This document shows positions 37,481-51,300 of a DNA stretch of 64,000 nt, piece after piece. Numbering within the stretch: position 1 is the first letter of the stretch; every line of letters begins with the position of its first letter. This DNA is from Lobosporangium transversale (lineage: Eukaryota): contig NW_019028980.1 of NCBI RefSeq assembly GCF_002105155.1, positions 620,001 to 684,000 on the forward strand, given 5' to 3'. Under the pieces are notes generated by a model. That model made no database searches. It saw only the letters and a program-made list of their open reading frames with translations, and was not told the origin of the DNA. A program made the position numbers and the translations under genes.

Positions 37481-39451
37481 ATGAGCAACCGACTCTCTGC
37501 AGACGTCATGGAGTCCTACACCCCAGATCCCACAACGATAAGCGAAAAGAAGTATGATGATAGCCACTCAATGCAAGAAGGCCAGAAGCGTGAAGGAAAT
37601 GAATGTGCGACAGGTGATGGCCTTCAGCGTAATCTGGCCGCTCGTCACTTGACCATGATCTCTTTGGGAGGCACAATCGGTACAGGTCTTTTCTTGGCTT
37701 CTGGAGCTTCCATTGCCACTGGCGGTCCTGGATACTCTTTGATCGCCTATATGCTCATTGGAACCATGGTCTACTGTTTCATGTCTTCACTTGGAGAGAT
37801 GACAACTTATTTGCCCATTTCTGGATCGATGAATGCTTATGGTACTCGTTTCTTTGATCCTGCTCTCGGATTCATGCTTGGTAAGTTTTATTCGATCGAA
37901 AAGTCCTTCCATCATTATCCAAGCCGAATCCTCAGCCATAAATGGCATTATATGGCACGAGCAGACAACTGCGTGTGGTATCCTGGAGCACAACTGGAGT
38001 CGACCAATCAGGTCAAATCCTCAAATGGAACTCATGCCCGCGTGATTTGTGCTCCTGGTAGTTCTGGACTCCGCTCCAGTCACGTTGCTTCCCTCATTCC
38101 ACTCTTTACTAAAGTTTTGGCTCTCGATCATTAATACATTTTTTATTTTTTATTTTCTTTTTTAGGTTGGATCTACTGGTTTTCTTGGTCTATCACTGTT
38201 GCGACTGAACTTGTCGCATCGGGACTCATTATTTCGTACTGGATTCCGGACGAGACATGTCCTCCATGGGTATGGGCCTTGGTCTTTATTGTCATTCTCA
38301 CTTCCCTTAATTTGGTGTCTGTCAAAGCATATGGAGAATCAGAGTATTGGCTTGCACTCATTAAGGTCTTGGCAGTCATGATCTTCATCATTGTTGGCTT
38401 TCTTTATATTGGTGGTGCAGTTGGTACCCAACAAGCGGGGGAGCCCAAGCCGGGTCCTGAAGTCTTTAACATGAGTCCATTCCATGGTGGATTTGCTGGT
38501 TTGTTCTCCATCTTCTTGAATGCTGGTTTCTCATTCCAGGGAGCAGAGTTGGTTGGTATCGCCGCAGGAGAAACCAAGAACCCTCGCAAGAATGTACCTC
38601 GTGCCATCCGTCAAGTGTTCTGGCGCATTATCATGTTTTATGTCTTGACCATGGTGATTATCGGTATGGCCATTCCTTACACTGACAACGCTCTTGCCAA
38701 TAGTAATGGCGACATCAAGTCGTCTCCTTTCACACGTGTCTTTGTTCGCGCTGGTATTAATGTCGGAGAGCATATTATGAACGCCGTCATCTTGATTGCC
38801 ATTCTCTCAGCTGGTAACTCGGGTCTTTATGCCTCATCTCGTGCACTCCATACTTTGTCCAAGGAAGGAAGTGCACCCAAGTTCATGAGTTATGTGAACC
38901 GCCATGGCGTGCCTGTCTATTGTGTCTTGGCCACTATGTTGGTTGGATGCCTTGCCTTCATTGTCTCATTGGATGAGATTGGCAAAGGTCAAGCCTATGA
39001 GTGGCTCTTGTCCCTGTCCTCGACAACTGGTTTCATTTCCTGGCTCGGTATTGCTTTTTCACACCTTCGCTTCCGTATGGCGTACAAGGCTCAAGGACGT
39101 TCCCTCAAGGATTTGCCCTTTGTTTCCAGTCTCTACCCCGTGGGACCAATTTATACAATCATTGTCTGTGTGATCATTCTATTGGCGCAAGGTTACACTG
39201 CATTCTCCCCCTTCAATGTAAAGGCTTTCCTGTCCGCCTATGTGACCTTGCCATTTGTCTTCATTCTTTACTTTGGAAAGAAGTTCTGGAACAAGACGAA
39301 GATCATCCGATTGGTTGATGTGGACTTGGACACAGGCCGTAGCTTCATCGAAACAACCATGCCTGTTCTCTCGGACACTGCTTCTGAAGCAGCCGTTCAA
39401 CCTTCCAAGATGACCCAATGGCGGAAGCGTGTCGTGAACTTCTTCTTTTAA
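37481..39451 (+). CDS. APC-superfamily amino-acid permease (YAT/LysP-like), 2 exons
   Basis: RHLTMISLGGTIGTGLF, LGEM, YGESEYW...IKV, FSFQGAELVGIAAGE..NPRK.VPRA, NSGLYASSR; intron 37881..38165. Confidence 0.93.
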
Positions 39452-39596
39452 AAATCTCCCCGTTTCCTGATTTCAGAAACAACTGTACTATATATACTAT
39501 ATACTGTGAATTGTCCATAAAAAATATTTAATTTTATTTTTATTATTCTACATGATCGTATTATATTACATGCGCTTTCTCATGGTTTATCTTATT

Positions 39597-39814
39597 TTAA
39601 AATGGCGATTTTTGTGATAAAAGACCTGTTGGCTTTTTTATCAGTCTCCCGGCTTCCTGCACTGCTGATACAATCTCTCCAATATCTGTTTCCAATACCT
39701 AAAAAAATAAGGAAAGAGGAAATGCTTTGTTAGTCAAAGTGTCGCGCGCATTGACAACACGAACTCGGCATGGGCGACCACGCCATACAGTAAATAGTTT
39801 CGTCCGCCGCCCAT

Positions 39815-39848
<34 letters not shown>

Positions 39849-40272
39849 CTTGTTGTGTTTATTTGTTTGTTTTGTTCTGTCATTTGTTGCCACTTCCAAT
39901 GTTTGTTGTTGACATTCGTTGTTTGTTTCTAGGTATTTCACACAAAATGTTGTTCAATCCATTTCATGTCCTTACCATGCCTCCTGTAATAACTTCGGCC
40001 AAAATATCGTGTACTTCCTTGAAATGAAAGATCTAACAAAAAAGTTTCCACAAAAAAATAAAATAAAATAAAATAAAGCAAGTAAAGGAAGGGTTAGTTT
40101 TTTTTTTTTTTTTTTTTTACTGGACCATGCCATGCACATGTACACAGCAATTTTTTTCCTTGATCCATTCCATTTACCAAGTCCAGTTCGCAAACATTCT
40201 CAAAACATCTGTCCAAGCTCTCGACAAAGACCTAAAACAAAACAAAATAAATTTTAATGGTGGATAGCTTCA

Positions 40273-40313
<41 letters not shown>

Positions 40314-40786
40314 AAAAAATACAGTATGGTGCTGTGAAATTACCTGGATCAAATCCAAGATACCAAGTTCACTTTCTGATTCATCCACAACAAAGACAAA
40401 ATATAATGTGGCGTAATGGCGATAAATGACTCGTGTATCTTGACCTCCTAACATTTGACTGCCTTCCAAGAAGTTACAGACTGTATCGGGACGTTTTGAG
40501 ATGAGACCAAAAATCTCTTTGATGAGCGCTTGCTGCATTGCAATGTCCTAAAATATGAATTGTGCCACACAAATAAGGAGAAACAAGGAAAAGGAATGTA
40601 CATGAGAATCAGTTTTGCTCTTTGCGCTGAAGTTGTTGTTGCTGTTTATCATTTTATCATTGATATTGTTGTTGCTTTTACTGATGTCGCAAGCTCAATC
40701 GCTTGCAATCTCCTTACAATTGGTTGGTAAAACTTTGTCAACCGTGGGTTGCCATGATTATTAAAAATGAGTACTGATTTAATCAT
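39597..40786 (-). CDS. APS3: AP-3 adaptor complex sigma subunit, 5 exons
   Basis: Spliced product MIKSVLIFNNHGNPRLTKFY...YRHYATLYFVFVVDESESELGILDLIQVFVESLDRCFENVCELDLIFH...GGMVLET. Confidence 0.93.
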
Positions 40787-41013
40787 GGGTGAAAATGTGA
40801 ACAATAATGATTGTAATAATTATAATTGAGAATGTCTTTCAAAAAGATTGACTATACAGCGCATCGCCCTGTTCCTCTGTACAGCTTTAGTCCAAAAGTG
40901 GTCGAAGTGGCTTGCAGGTGACGTTTGGTGAAAAATGCAAAATGTTGATCTTTATCTATCGATATTCTTTCTACATGTTCATCGCATGGATGTATTTTGT
41001 ATATTCATGCTAT

Positions 41014-42355
41014 TTATGCAAGGGCAAGGATGACAACAGCCACCATAGTCAACAATATGGTCTTGCCTGCAGACCGAAGACTCATTACTCTAGGACTGCC
41101 GCTTCCTCCTGTACCTTCGTACAGCCTTGCAACCTCACCCACACTCAGTTGAATGTTCTTAAAATAGACCTGAGTATCAACTGGTGTGGCATAAGACGCA
41201 TCAGATCCTCCAAAGAAAGATGAAAACATCAGCCCTTGAAACCCGACCATGCCTGTAGAGCGATAGGGTATATTATTCATCTCAACAGCCAAGTTTCCAT
41301 TCATGTAGACCTGCAACATGCCATTATGGTTACCAGCTGGTTCATTCAATGCCATGACTACATCGATGCGGTTCCAAACACCTGAGGGGAAATAAATCTG
41401 TCCTCGACCAATGGATTTGCCATACTCATCATTGCATATCACCTCGGGACTCTTGCAAAGACTGGATTCAGGACCTGCAGGAACATAGGCATACACTTGT
41501 AGTATCATAGTATATTGGGTAAATTAAATTTTATTAAGTATGCAGACAAATTAAAAAAAAAAAAGACCCTCATTATTTTGCAGTTCATAATTTACCTTCA
41601 CCAGCTCCGCTGGATCGCCACATGAGCCGCACTGTGAGACAATGATCTCCAGTGGATTGGATGCCTCCAGAGCAACCATCGTGGGGTGCGCCCCCGTACA
41701 CTCCAGGAAGCTTGCCGCCTAAATGGGAGTAGTTGAGGTCAAGCAAAAATGATAAAGACAACCAAGATGGATAAGGTTAGAGAAAGCAGAGATTAAGAAA
41801 TAGTGGCAAAAATCGGTGCCTGAAAATATTACAAACTTCAACTATTGACTTTTGCCTTCAAGTCATACCTTGGACCCAATTGAAACCATTCGGGAATGCA
41901 ACATCATAACTGACCATCATCTTCTCAAACGATGTCTTATTACCAAAAGGGATTGCATAAAACTGTGCTCCACCCATGACAGGCCCAAGGGAAGGTGCAA
42001 ATGATCCTTTAGGGTAGTTTACTTGCAAAACAGGACCACCACTAGGGTTATAGGGATCTGGGGTAAATGAGATATCATTGCCTCCCATCGCAATGTGCTT
42101 GTAGGTAGTTGACCAATTTTGGACGATATATTTTTCACCACTTAGACTGCTGTTCCTTCCTTTCCCGCCTTTGCTAGTAATCGGGGTTGTGGGCATGGGT
42201 GCAATCCAGTTCTGTACAAGCCCATTCTGATTATATAGTTGATCGCGTGTAACAGAATCTGCTGCTTCTGCCAGCGGCGTTATTATTATACTGAAGAGGA
42301 GACATGAACTTGTCAAGAGGATCAGTTGTAATGAGGATGGAAAAAGTGCAATCAT
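41014..42355 (-). CDS. Polysaccharide lyase family 14-like protein, secreted, possible GPI anchor; 3 exons
   Basis: Signal-peptide-like N-terminus; YPKGS, F.WVQGGKLPGVYGG, CSGG, RLMWR..GAGE.YAY, FSSFFGG; hydrophobic C-terminal tail. Confidence 0.82.
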
Positions 42356-42474
42356 GTGTGCAATATCTGAAATGCCCAAGAACTATTGTTGCTAATGTCG
42401 AAGAGCGGTGTTGCGTTAAGGCTATTGTGCTGTCGCAAACGAGAAAATGAGAGAGAATAAGATGTAAAGTAGGG

Positions 42475-42505
<31 letters not shown>

Positions 42506-42550
42506 CCCTCAGGGGGTTATTTACAACAAGCTGTGTAGTGTTTGTCTTGT

Positions 42551-42582
<32 letters not shown>

Positions 42583-44611
42583 CCTTTGTTCGAAAGTGTA
42601 AAAACAAAACGGGGGACTGATGAGGAATGAAGAGAAAGCCAAGGAAGATGGGTGATGAATGAATAAGAATGAGATTGAAGAAAGAGTGAAAGAAAAAAAT
42701 AAAAGAGCAATTCATTTTATTGCATGTACATGTACAGACCATTGGAAAGACTTTTAATGATAAAAAAGTTCAAAGCGCGCAAATATTAATTTTTCGGAGC
42801 CCTTTCCTTCCACATTTGTCTTTACTGCTGACCACGTTTGTGCCTGAAGGAGGGACAGAAAAGGAGACAGAGAAAGCGGAGGCGTGATAGGAGGTAATGA
42901 AATAATGACATGTAGTAGTTTACAGCACACTGTAAGCTCGATCTAGCCTATTTAGAGTCGATGTGCCTGTGAATTTCACTTTTTGAACGTGATCTCTTCT
43001 TGAACGTATTCACGGATTCAGTCACTTTAGTGGATAGAAGGTATCAGGATCATTTGACATTCGTGGGCAAATGGCGAGCTTGAGTGGTACGACATTACGG
43101 TTAAAAATGCCCTATTTTTATGAAATCGAATCGAAGCAAGTGGCATTTTTGCGTGATACCATCGCGCAGCCACAACCGCCGTCGCTATTTGTGGAGATGC
43201 AGGTTGATTTATTTTTGTTCAGCCATTCATCTCTTCTCTTCCCGCCAAAAGCTTTACTACAGCTGGGGAACTCCTTGTGCGCTGTGTACATTTTACATTT
43301 GAAAATATATGCAGTGTTATATTATCCATGGACCTGAACTTGTGACTTGGGGGCGTTTCTTTGAAAAAGGTAAAAAATAAAAAATAAATAAATAAAAAAA
43401 AAAATATAAGAAACAAAAGTATAAAGTTAAAATAGGTTAAAAAAAAGGTTAGAAAAGGTTGCTTTTTATTAATAACCTTTGTGTTTTGTTTATATCCAAA
43501 GGGTCATGGATGGAGTGAACATTGTTCAACGCCAAGCTGTTGCTGACTGTTTAGCTCGCCAGGGGTTGGAGGAAGGATATGAGGTAAAAGCTATTTTTTG
43601 CCATCTTGGAGATAAAAATAATTGGCCTGTTGCACAACATGGTGCCTCCATTGTTGATGTGTTTTGTTCCTTGTCCCCAGTCCTTTTTGTAGCACCCTCA
43701 ATCCAACGGAGAAAATGATGCAACTCAAGTGTTTGTTTCTGCAAGTAATGAGGTTCTATAAAAAAAAAAAAAGAAAAAAGAAAAAGAAAAGCGATGGTGA
43801 TCGGGAAGGATAAAAAGGATCGAGAATAAAAGAAAGTTGCAATTGCGAGGGCGCAGTAGAGTCGAATGTGACGAAACTGTAATTCTGTTGTCAAGGTGTG
43901 TCGATTTGCTACTGCAACTGCGACATCCAATGTAATACAAAGGAAGCAACACTTGAATGGTTATGACATCCTTTCTTTCACTGCGCGGTGGGCCCAATAA
44001 TGAAGGACACGTTACGGATTATTACGAGCGACAAAAAGGAGAGACCAAACTTTTGATACATTATGTCGACTGTGAATTAATAATTGAAGAATAAAAAAGA
44101 AGCATCATCGAATCGAGTGATGACAACACTTTCCTTAACTGAAGTCGAAAGTGTTACAGACGGTGTATGTGCATGGATGTATGAAAATACCCATTGATAA
44201 AAATTAATTGAACAAAAGAGAAAAGAATGGATGGGTAAGTAGTTTCGATTATGAAGAGGGGATAGTAGTAAATAGAGTTCGTGAAGGGTGTAAATGCATA
44301 TCCATACTTTCTTTTTGCCCTGTGTTTGCATCGCCCAACACGCTGCGCCATCTTGATCATTGACTTATTTTTTGTTAATGTTACTTTATTTAATTCAAAA
44401 CTTAATTGCTGCGATTAATACGATGGCAAAGTCAAATTCATGACAACTTCATTTGACTCGACTTCATTCGCCTCATCCCCCTTCCTTCCGCTTTCACCTC
44501 TCTCTTCCTCTCCCTCTTTTTCGTATAAATAAGACTGCTGCTCTCCTTCTCTCTTTCCTTCCTTCTTCTTCAAACAATTAGTCTTTTCACGTCTTCCGTA
44601 GCCCTTTTTTT

Positions 44612-44665
<54 letters not shown>
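44612..44665. repeat. (TAC)n microsatellite, about 18 units, upstream of the 44960 gene
   Basis: Direct reading. Confidence 0.9.
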
Positions 44666-44959
44666 CATCAACTCAACCTTAAAACCTTCTTGCCGCCATT
44701 TTTTTCTTTTTACTTTCGCCCACTGCGTCTTCTCTCACATCCGTGACACAGACACATTTCAGTTGACACTCTTCCTCTCTTTTTGTCCTTTGTCCTTTTT
44801 CCTTTGCCTATTCTTTTTTTTTTTTTTTGACTTGTGCCATCCATATCAGAAAAATATTCTATTCGACTCCCTCCAACGTCCGCAGCATATAAACCTACTC
44901 GTGTTGTGTGTGAAAGCCAAACAAGGATCAGCTCTACTCTCATTGCTCAAGACCGCATC

Positions 44960-45633
44960 ATGAACGCACATTCAGCATCAAAGTATGCATCAGGCCAATC
45001 CCAATCAATGACTGATGTTGACATGGACGGTGTTGAGACTCATGTCTCGCAACTGGGTGTCAATGATGCCATCAGTGCAGCCTCATCGTCAAGGTCCGTA
45101 TCAAGGAGGTCTACTAGTGAAGATGAGATCATGGGTGAACGCAGCGACGATGATGACTCTGCTGTGCCGGGCTTAAGCGAAGATGAGGGTAGTGATTCAG
45201 ATGAAGAAATGCATACCAAGGGTCGCACTACCGATACCGAACATCTCCAGGATAAGAATAGCAACGATAGTGATGAGTCAGCTACTGATCGTAGCCTAGA
45301 GACAGACCAGAATCAAGAGGACAAGAGGCTATACTCATCCGAGTCGGCTGCCTCATCGACTACGTCCCTTCAAACCGAGCCCTCGATCATTTCTATCCCA
45401 GAGGCTGTCTATTCTGCGGTACCTGTGTCGTCCGAACTCTATATCATTCCCCACTCAAGTAAAGGTTTTAGATGGAACGAAGATCTTTTCCTTAAATCAC
45501 ATCAACGCCGCAGCCTGGGTGTTGATGATATGTATAACGACTCTGAAGGCTCAAGCTCTGGCAGCAACGAAGCTGGGCTAGTAGTCCATGAAATCCTTTT
45601 AGATGAGGATGAATCCAAGCAGATCCTACCATC

Positions 45634-45637
<4 letters not shown>
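44960..45637 (+). CDS. Acidic, largely disordered hypothetical protein
   Basis: Long uninterrupted ORF with first ATG at 44960; TATAAAT near 44524; ordered-looking C-terminal blocks LYIIPHSSKGFRWNEDLFL and VHEILLDEDE. Confidence 0.7.
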
Positions 45638-45670
<33 letters not shown>

Positions 45671-47269
45671 CATAGAATGTTTATAGTATGTAAAATAAAA
45701 AAGCGGTGCGTGAATGAGTTTACACAAAGTATCAACATTTGTTTCCCGTCATTGGTTACTGCGCCTTTGGAGATTCAGCATGGTTTTGGAGAAAAAATAA
45801 GGCTGTGAACTAAGTTACATTGACTAAAACAAGCTTAAGTGTTCACCATGATGAGTAACAAAAAAGGGGTTTTATTGTTGAAGTAGGTCGAAGCCAGCTA
45901 TTTTTATTAAATCAAATGATAGCACGTATAGAGAAGTCCAAGCAAAATGAGCATCTCTTGTCGCCTCAGCTTCGCCATTCCAGAAGAAAAGGAAAAAGAT
46001 AAACAAAATATAATAGGAGTAAGCAACTCCTCGTCTCAAAATTTGTCTATGTCGAAAACGAAGCAGTACTAACCTCAGAGGTGCACGTCAACTTGTGCAA
46101 GCCCCTCTCTGTTTGCTTGTAGCATGCAATGCACGACAACAACAAAAAATAAAAAACGGTATTGACAAAATAATTGAAACAGTGTCAATGCCTCAGTACA
46201 AGAGAAGCACTGACTCCAAATCTAGACTTTTGACGACTTTTGGCGCCGTAAGGGAAGGAGCTAAAACACTAAAGCGCTGTGCATGTGTAACATGAAATTC
46301 ATTTCCAAAACACTGGATCTTTTAATTTTGTTTTGTTTTGTTTTCTTGTAATGTCGAGACAGTCAGACCCATGATCATACTATGGATCTGCAACCTCATA
46401 ATCGAATTGTTACACAGATGAGTACACTAAAGTACCAAGTCCACACTATTCCACATAGTGCTTCTTGTTGTGTGGCATCGACATCCCCTCAATTGCTTGT
46501 CCTATTTCAGTTTTCAATCCTTGTTCTTTTCTTGTAACGAAGGACTTTGGTCTTTTTTAATCCATAAAAGGATTTCAAACCCCCCTCCACTACAAAGACC
46601 AACCTCGAGTGCTCTTGGTACGACTCCTTAAGACACTTCAACTGCTCACTTGGCCCAACCTCATGGAGTGTTATACGTTGTGATTGTCCACTGAGAGTCC
46701 TATTTTCGTGTACAGGCAGTTCAGCTTTGGGTTGAATGTACATGGCACTTTCAAATCCTATTCTCTTGCCATAAAATTATTAAAATGAAGAATAAGGCAT
46801 GAAAGACTACACTCCCACTCAAAAGAAAAAGAGGACGTGCAGTATCGCCTCTTCTGCAATTAATTTTGGGGGCTTGAGCTTTGCCACGCGAAGTTGGTAG
46901 AACAGTCTTCATCGTGATACTATCTTTGTTTTGAATGAGAAAGGGACGATCTAAAAAAAAAAGAAGGTGTTAGAAAACAAAGAATGGAGGGAGCCCTTTA
47001 ATGTTTAGCATTTATCCCTTTATTGGTCAACGCTATTGTGGTGTCTTATTTGTTTGTATTTCTACAGATAATGAGTCCTATTGTCAAAGGCAAAGTTGAA
47101 TGCTAGCCTTCTGATCTATTTCAGTATTTAAGCGCGCGACATTTTTTTCCTTCCCATCTAATTATCATCTTACAACTTATCCATCCTTTCTGAAGGCAGT
47201 TATACTTTTCTACACACAAACTCGAAAGAGAAATAATAATCATAAAAAACACGCTAAGGCAATCCGATC

Positions 47270-47497
47270 ATGAACCCAACATCGTCAAACAGCTCGACCA
47301 TATTTGAGAGTAGCAAGGCTCTATTCATGTTCTTAGATGAATCCACCTCCAACCGAGTCAAGGCCAATATCAATGACGCATGGAAGAATGAATCTGCAGA
47401 GACCCGTCAGAAATATGAACTTCAAGCAGGCATTGCCAGCCAGTCACTCCCTCAATATAGCTTCAAGCAGCCACAAAAGGATGGAGAATCCAAATAG
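47270..47497 (+). CDS. 75-aa degenerate HMG-box-like microprotein
   Basis: ALFMF...AWKNESAETRQKYELQA...LPQYSFK resembles MATA/Sox-type HMG helices. TATA-like TATTTAA near 47126 and AATAAA near 47549. Confidence 0.55.
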   Translation: MNPTSSNSSTIFESSKALFMFLDESTSNRVKANINDAWKNESAETRQKYELQAGIASQSLPQYSFKQPQKDGESK

Positions 47498-48337
47498 GAT
47501 CGGTTCATAGACAGCATTGTTTTAATTCATAGACAGCGTACAACACAAAATAAAAGCATATGTTTGTCATGTGACATCGAAAATTGTATAAAGCAGCGCC
47601 ATTCGTAAAACTTTGATTCCTCACCATTCCTATCCGGATGGAATCACGTATACTCTAATGAAGGTCTTACTGACGGAGTATATTGCTGACACCATTCAGA
47701 CACAACCCAGTACATTCTTCTTTCTCTTTGGAAAGAAGGATGTGCTAATTTTTGGAAACCCATTATTCTGTTTTAAACGACTCTTTTTTGTTAAAAAACA
47801 GAGTCGTCTTTTTCAGTAATAATTGAACCTATTCTTATTATTACTTATTATTACATATTATTAAAAGGAGCAAATGGGTGAGAGTGAGCATGGGAGAGAT
47901 TATAATTAAAAAAAAAAAAAAAAAAAAAAAAAGTCAAAAGAGAGTGATGGAAAGCTGCAACTATTGCATTGCATCGTTGGATTATTCTTCCAGCTGGAAG
48001 TGGACTAGATGGCTCTGTTCGTTCGAGCAACCCTTTTTTTGGTTTTGAACAGTCACTCAGGAAATAAAAACATTTGACATTTTTTTTTGTGTGCCGCTCG
48101 CTCACTTGCTTCTCTTCTGTTTCGAGAACCAGGCATTGTCGCTCGGGTAGTGGATAAAAGGAGGAAAAAAAAAAAAGACACTATTGCTATCTCTGTCGCT
48201 CTTTCTCGCTTTCTTTCTCTCGACCACTCGACCACTCGACTTCTCGACACAGTCATTGTTTTTAGTGCGTTTTCGCTTCCTGACTTTGCCAACTCATTAC
48301 TTGAACAAACCTGGTTGCCACACTACACAATCTCACC

Positions 48338-51300
48338 ATGATTTCAAAGAATTTGGAAGAAGCAAAGGCTGATGTTAAGTCTAGTTTGAAGGAGGCTCAG
48401 AAGCATGCAGAGGCCTTGTTTGGCAGCAAGGGACTCACAGACCCTATTCCTTCGGTCGAGGTGAGTCAGGATGATAAAAATAAAAAATAAAAAAAAATAA
48501 AAAAATAAAAAAAAAACCAGCAACACAAAAGAGACTCTAACTGCGCCGCCTTCTTTACAAGGCATTACAACGAATCTTCCAACTGACATGGAAAAAAAAA
48601 ATCTGTTTGTATATTTGGAAAAAAACTTTCATAGGATAAATGGAAGCTGCTTCCTGCGTTCTTAAAAGTCAAGGGTTTAGTTAAACAGCACATCGACTCT
48701 TTCAACTATTTTATAAACGTAGATCTGGAAAAGATTATCAAAGCCAATGAGCGGGTCAAATCTGATGTTGACCCTCACTTTTACCTCAAGTACGCAATGT
48801 TCTTGTTGACGATAAGGTTTTTTTCTTTTTTCCTATTAGAGTATACGTATTCGGAATACTATCAAAACTTGGCTAACACGCAGCTTAACGTAACAAATGC
48901 GATTCATTAGATACACCGGAATTAGAGTCGGCGCACCAGAAAGACCAGATCAGGAAGCTATGAATAAATCATATACACCACATGAGTGTCGTCTTCGTGA
49001 TCTCACATACTCTGCCAATATCTATGTCGATGTCGAATATGTCCGTGGTCGCCAGATCGTAAGGCGTAAGGGCGTACCCATTGGAAGAATGCCTATTATG
49101 CTTAGGAGCTCACATTGTGTCCTCACAGGAAAGAACGAAATGGAATTGGCAAAGATGAACGAGTGTCCATTAGATCCAGGTGGATATTTTGTGGTTAAAG
49201 GTGTGGAGAAGGTTATTTTGGTCCAGGAGCAGATGTCAAAGAACCGTATTCTCGTCGATGTAGATCGCAAAGGGTTTGTCCAGGCAGGAGTTACCAGGTA
49301 CGCAGTTTTGCAGTCTTTATATTCTTCGCCATCTATCATCACAATTGCTGGAAAAAATGTCGACAACAGGGATTTAGCACTAAGAATATGCTCAAATATA
49401 TAAAAATATAGTTCTACGATGGAACGTAAATCCAAGACATATGTTGGAACAAAACACGGAAAGATTTATTTAAAACACAACTCAATTTCAGAGGATATTC
49501 CCATTGTTGTGGCACTCAAGGCTATGGGTATGCAGTCAGACAAGGAGATCACACAACTCGTTTGCGGACAGGATTCAAAGTATATCGACAAGTTTTCACT
49601 CAACCTTGAAGAATGCTCAAAGATGAAGATTTTTACTCAACAGCAGGCACTTGACTATATTGGATCAAAGATCAAGTCCCCCAAGCGCGCCTTTACTACA
49701 GGCATCCGTAGACCTCCTGTAAGTCGGCCTTTTTTTTTTTTTTTTTTTTTTTTTTTCATATTCTTTTTGCAAAGAGTAACGGCTTATGATTGCATACTGA
49801 CTAGCTTTCCACTTCTATATCCTATATAGTCTGAAGAGGCACTGGAAGTTTTAGCAACAGTTGTTTTGGCGCACGTAGAGGTCCATGACAACAACTTCAG
49901 ACCCAAATGTATCTACGTGGCGGTAATGACTCGTCGTGTGGTTATGGCCATGCTTCGCGGAGATTTGGTTGATGACCGCGATTATGTTGGAAATAAGCGC
50001 CTTGAGTTGTATGACAGAACCGGGTTATGGATAAAAAAACAATGGTTGAAGTTATAAGATGAAGCATCAAGAGTCTAGATACTGACCATACTTTTCTTGA
50101 AATGTGGCTACACCAATTAGGGCTGGACAATTGTTATCACTCTTGTTTGAAGATTTGTTCAAAAAGTTTAATTCAGACTTGAAGATGAACATCGACAAGG
50201 TACTCAAGAAGCCTAACAGGACTCAGGAATTCGACGTTTATAGTCAGCTGCTCATCCATGGAGATCATATCACTGCAGGATTTGTCCGTGCTATCTCGTC
50301 TGGTAACTGGAGTTTGAAGCGCTTTAAAATGGAGAGAGCTGGTATTACGCAGGTGTTGAGTCGCTTGAGTTTCATTTCAGCATTGGGTATGATGACACGT
50401 ATTTCGTCGCAGTTCGAAAAGACCAGGAAAGTCTCAGGACCAAGAGCTTTGCAGCCCTCTCAATGGGGAATGCTGTGTCCCTCTGATACACCAGAGGGAG
50501 AGGCCTGTGGTCTTGTCAAGAACTTGGCGCTCATGACACACATTACTGTGGATGACGAAGAAGAACCTCTCGTCAAACTAGCTTTCATCCTTGGTGTAGA
50601 AGGTATATATATTGATTGTTTTTTGTTCTTTTTATATTCTTATCTTCACAAAACCACTCTTCATGTTTCTACACAGTTGCTATTTGTATTAGTTGCCTTT
50701 GCTTACAATTCTTTTACTCGAATAACCATATAGATGTGTCATTGCTTACGGGGCCAGAGTTATACCTGCCTGATACTTTCCTGGTTTTCCTGAACGGAAA
50801 TATTCTGGGAATCACGCGCCATAGTAAGCAATTTGTTGCGGCTTTTCGCCGCATGCGAAGAGCCGGCCGCATCTCAGAATTTGTCAGCATTTTTATCAGT
50901 GATCATCACAATTCTGTTCATATTTCATGCGATGGTGGACGCATTTGCCGGCCATTGATCATCGTTGAAAACGGCAAGTCGAGAGTCAAGTCAGAGCATA
51001 TTGTACAACTTTCTGCAGGCAAACTCGCTTTTGATGATTTTTTGCGCCTTGGACTGATCGAGTATCTGGATGTTAATGAGGAAAGCGATTCCAACATTGC
51101 ACTATACGAACGTGAGATTATCCCTCAGTCGACTCATGTTGAAATTGAGCCCTTCACCATTCTTGGAGCTGTCGCTGGATTGATTCCTTATCCACATCAT
51201 AACCAGTCACCCCGTAACACATACCAGTGTGCTATGGGTAAGCAAGCCATTGGAGCCATTGGCTACAACCAATTTAATCGTATCGACACATTGCTGTACC

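Noticed and set aside
37881..38165. TPP or lysine riboswitch
   Set aside because: Lacks the TPP CTGAGA and CTGAT-hairpin core; only an isolated GCCGAA resembles the lysine aptamer.
44960..45670. Processed retrocopy (intronless ORF followed directly by a long A-run)
   Set aside because: A-runs are ubiquitous here, the run precedes the AATAAA, and no TSD is visible.
46507..46743. 78-aa minus-strand ORF
   Set aside because: No recognisable motif or supporting gene structure.
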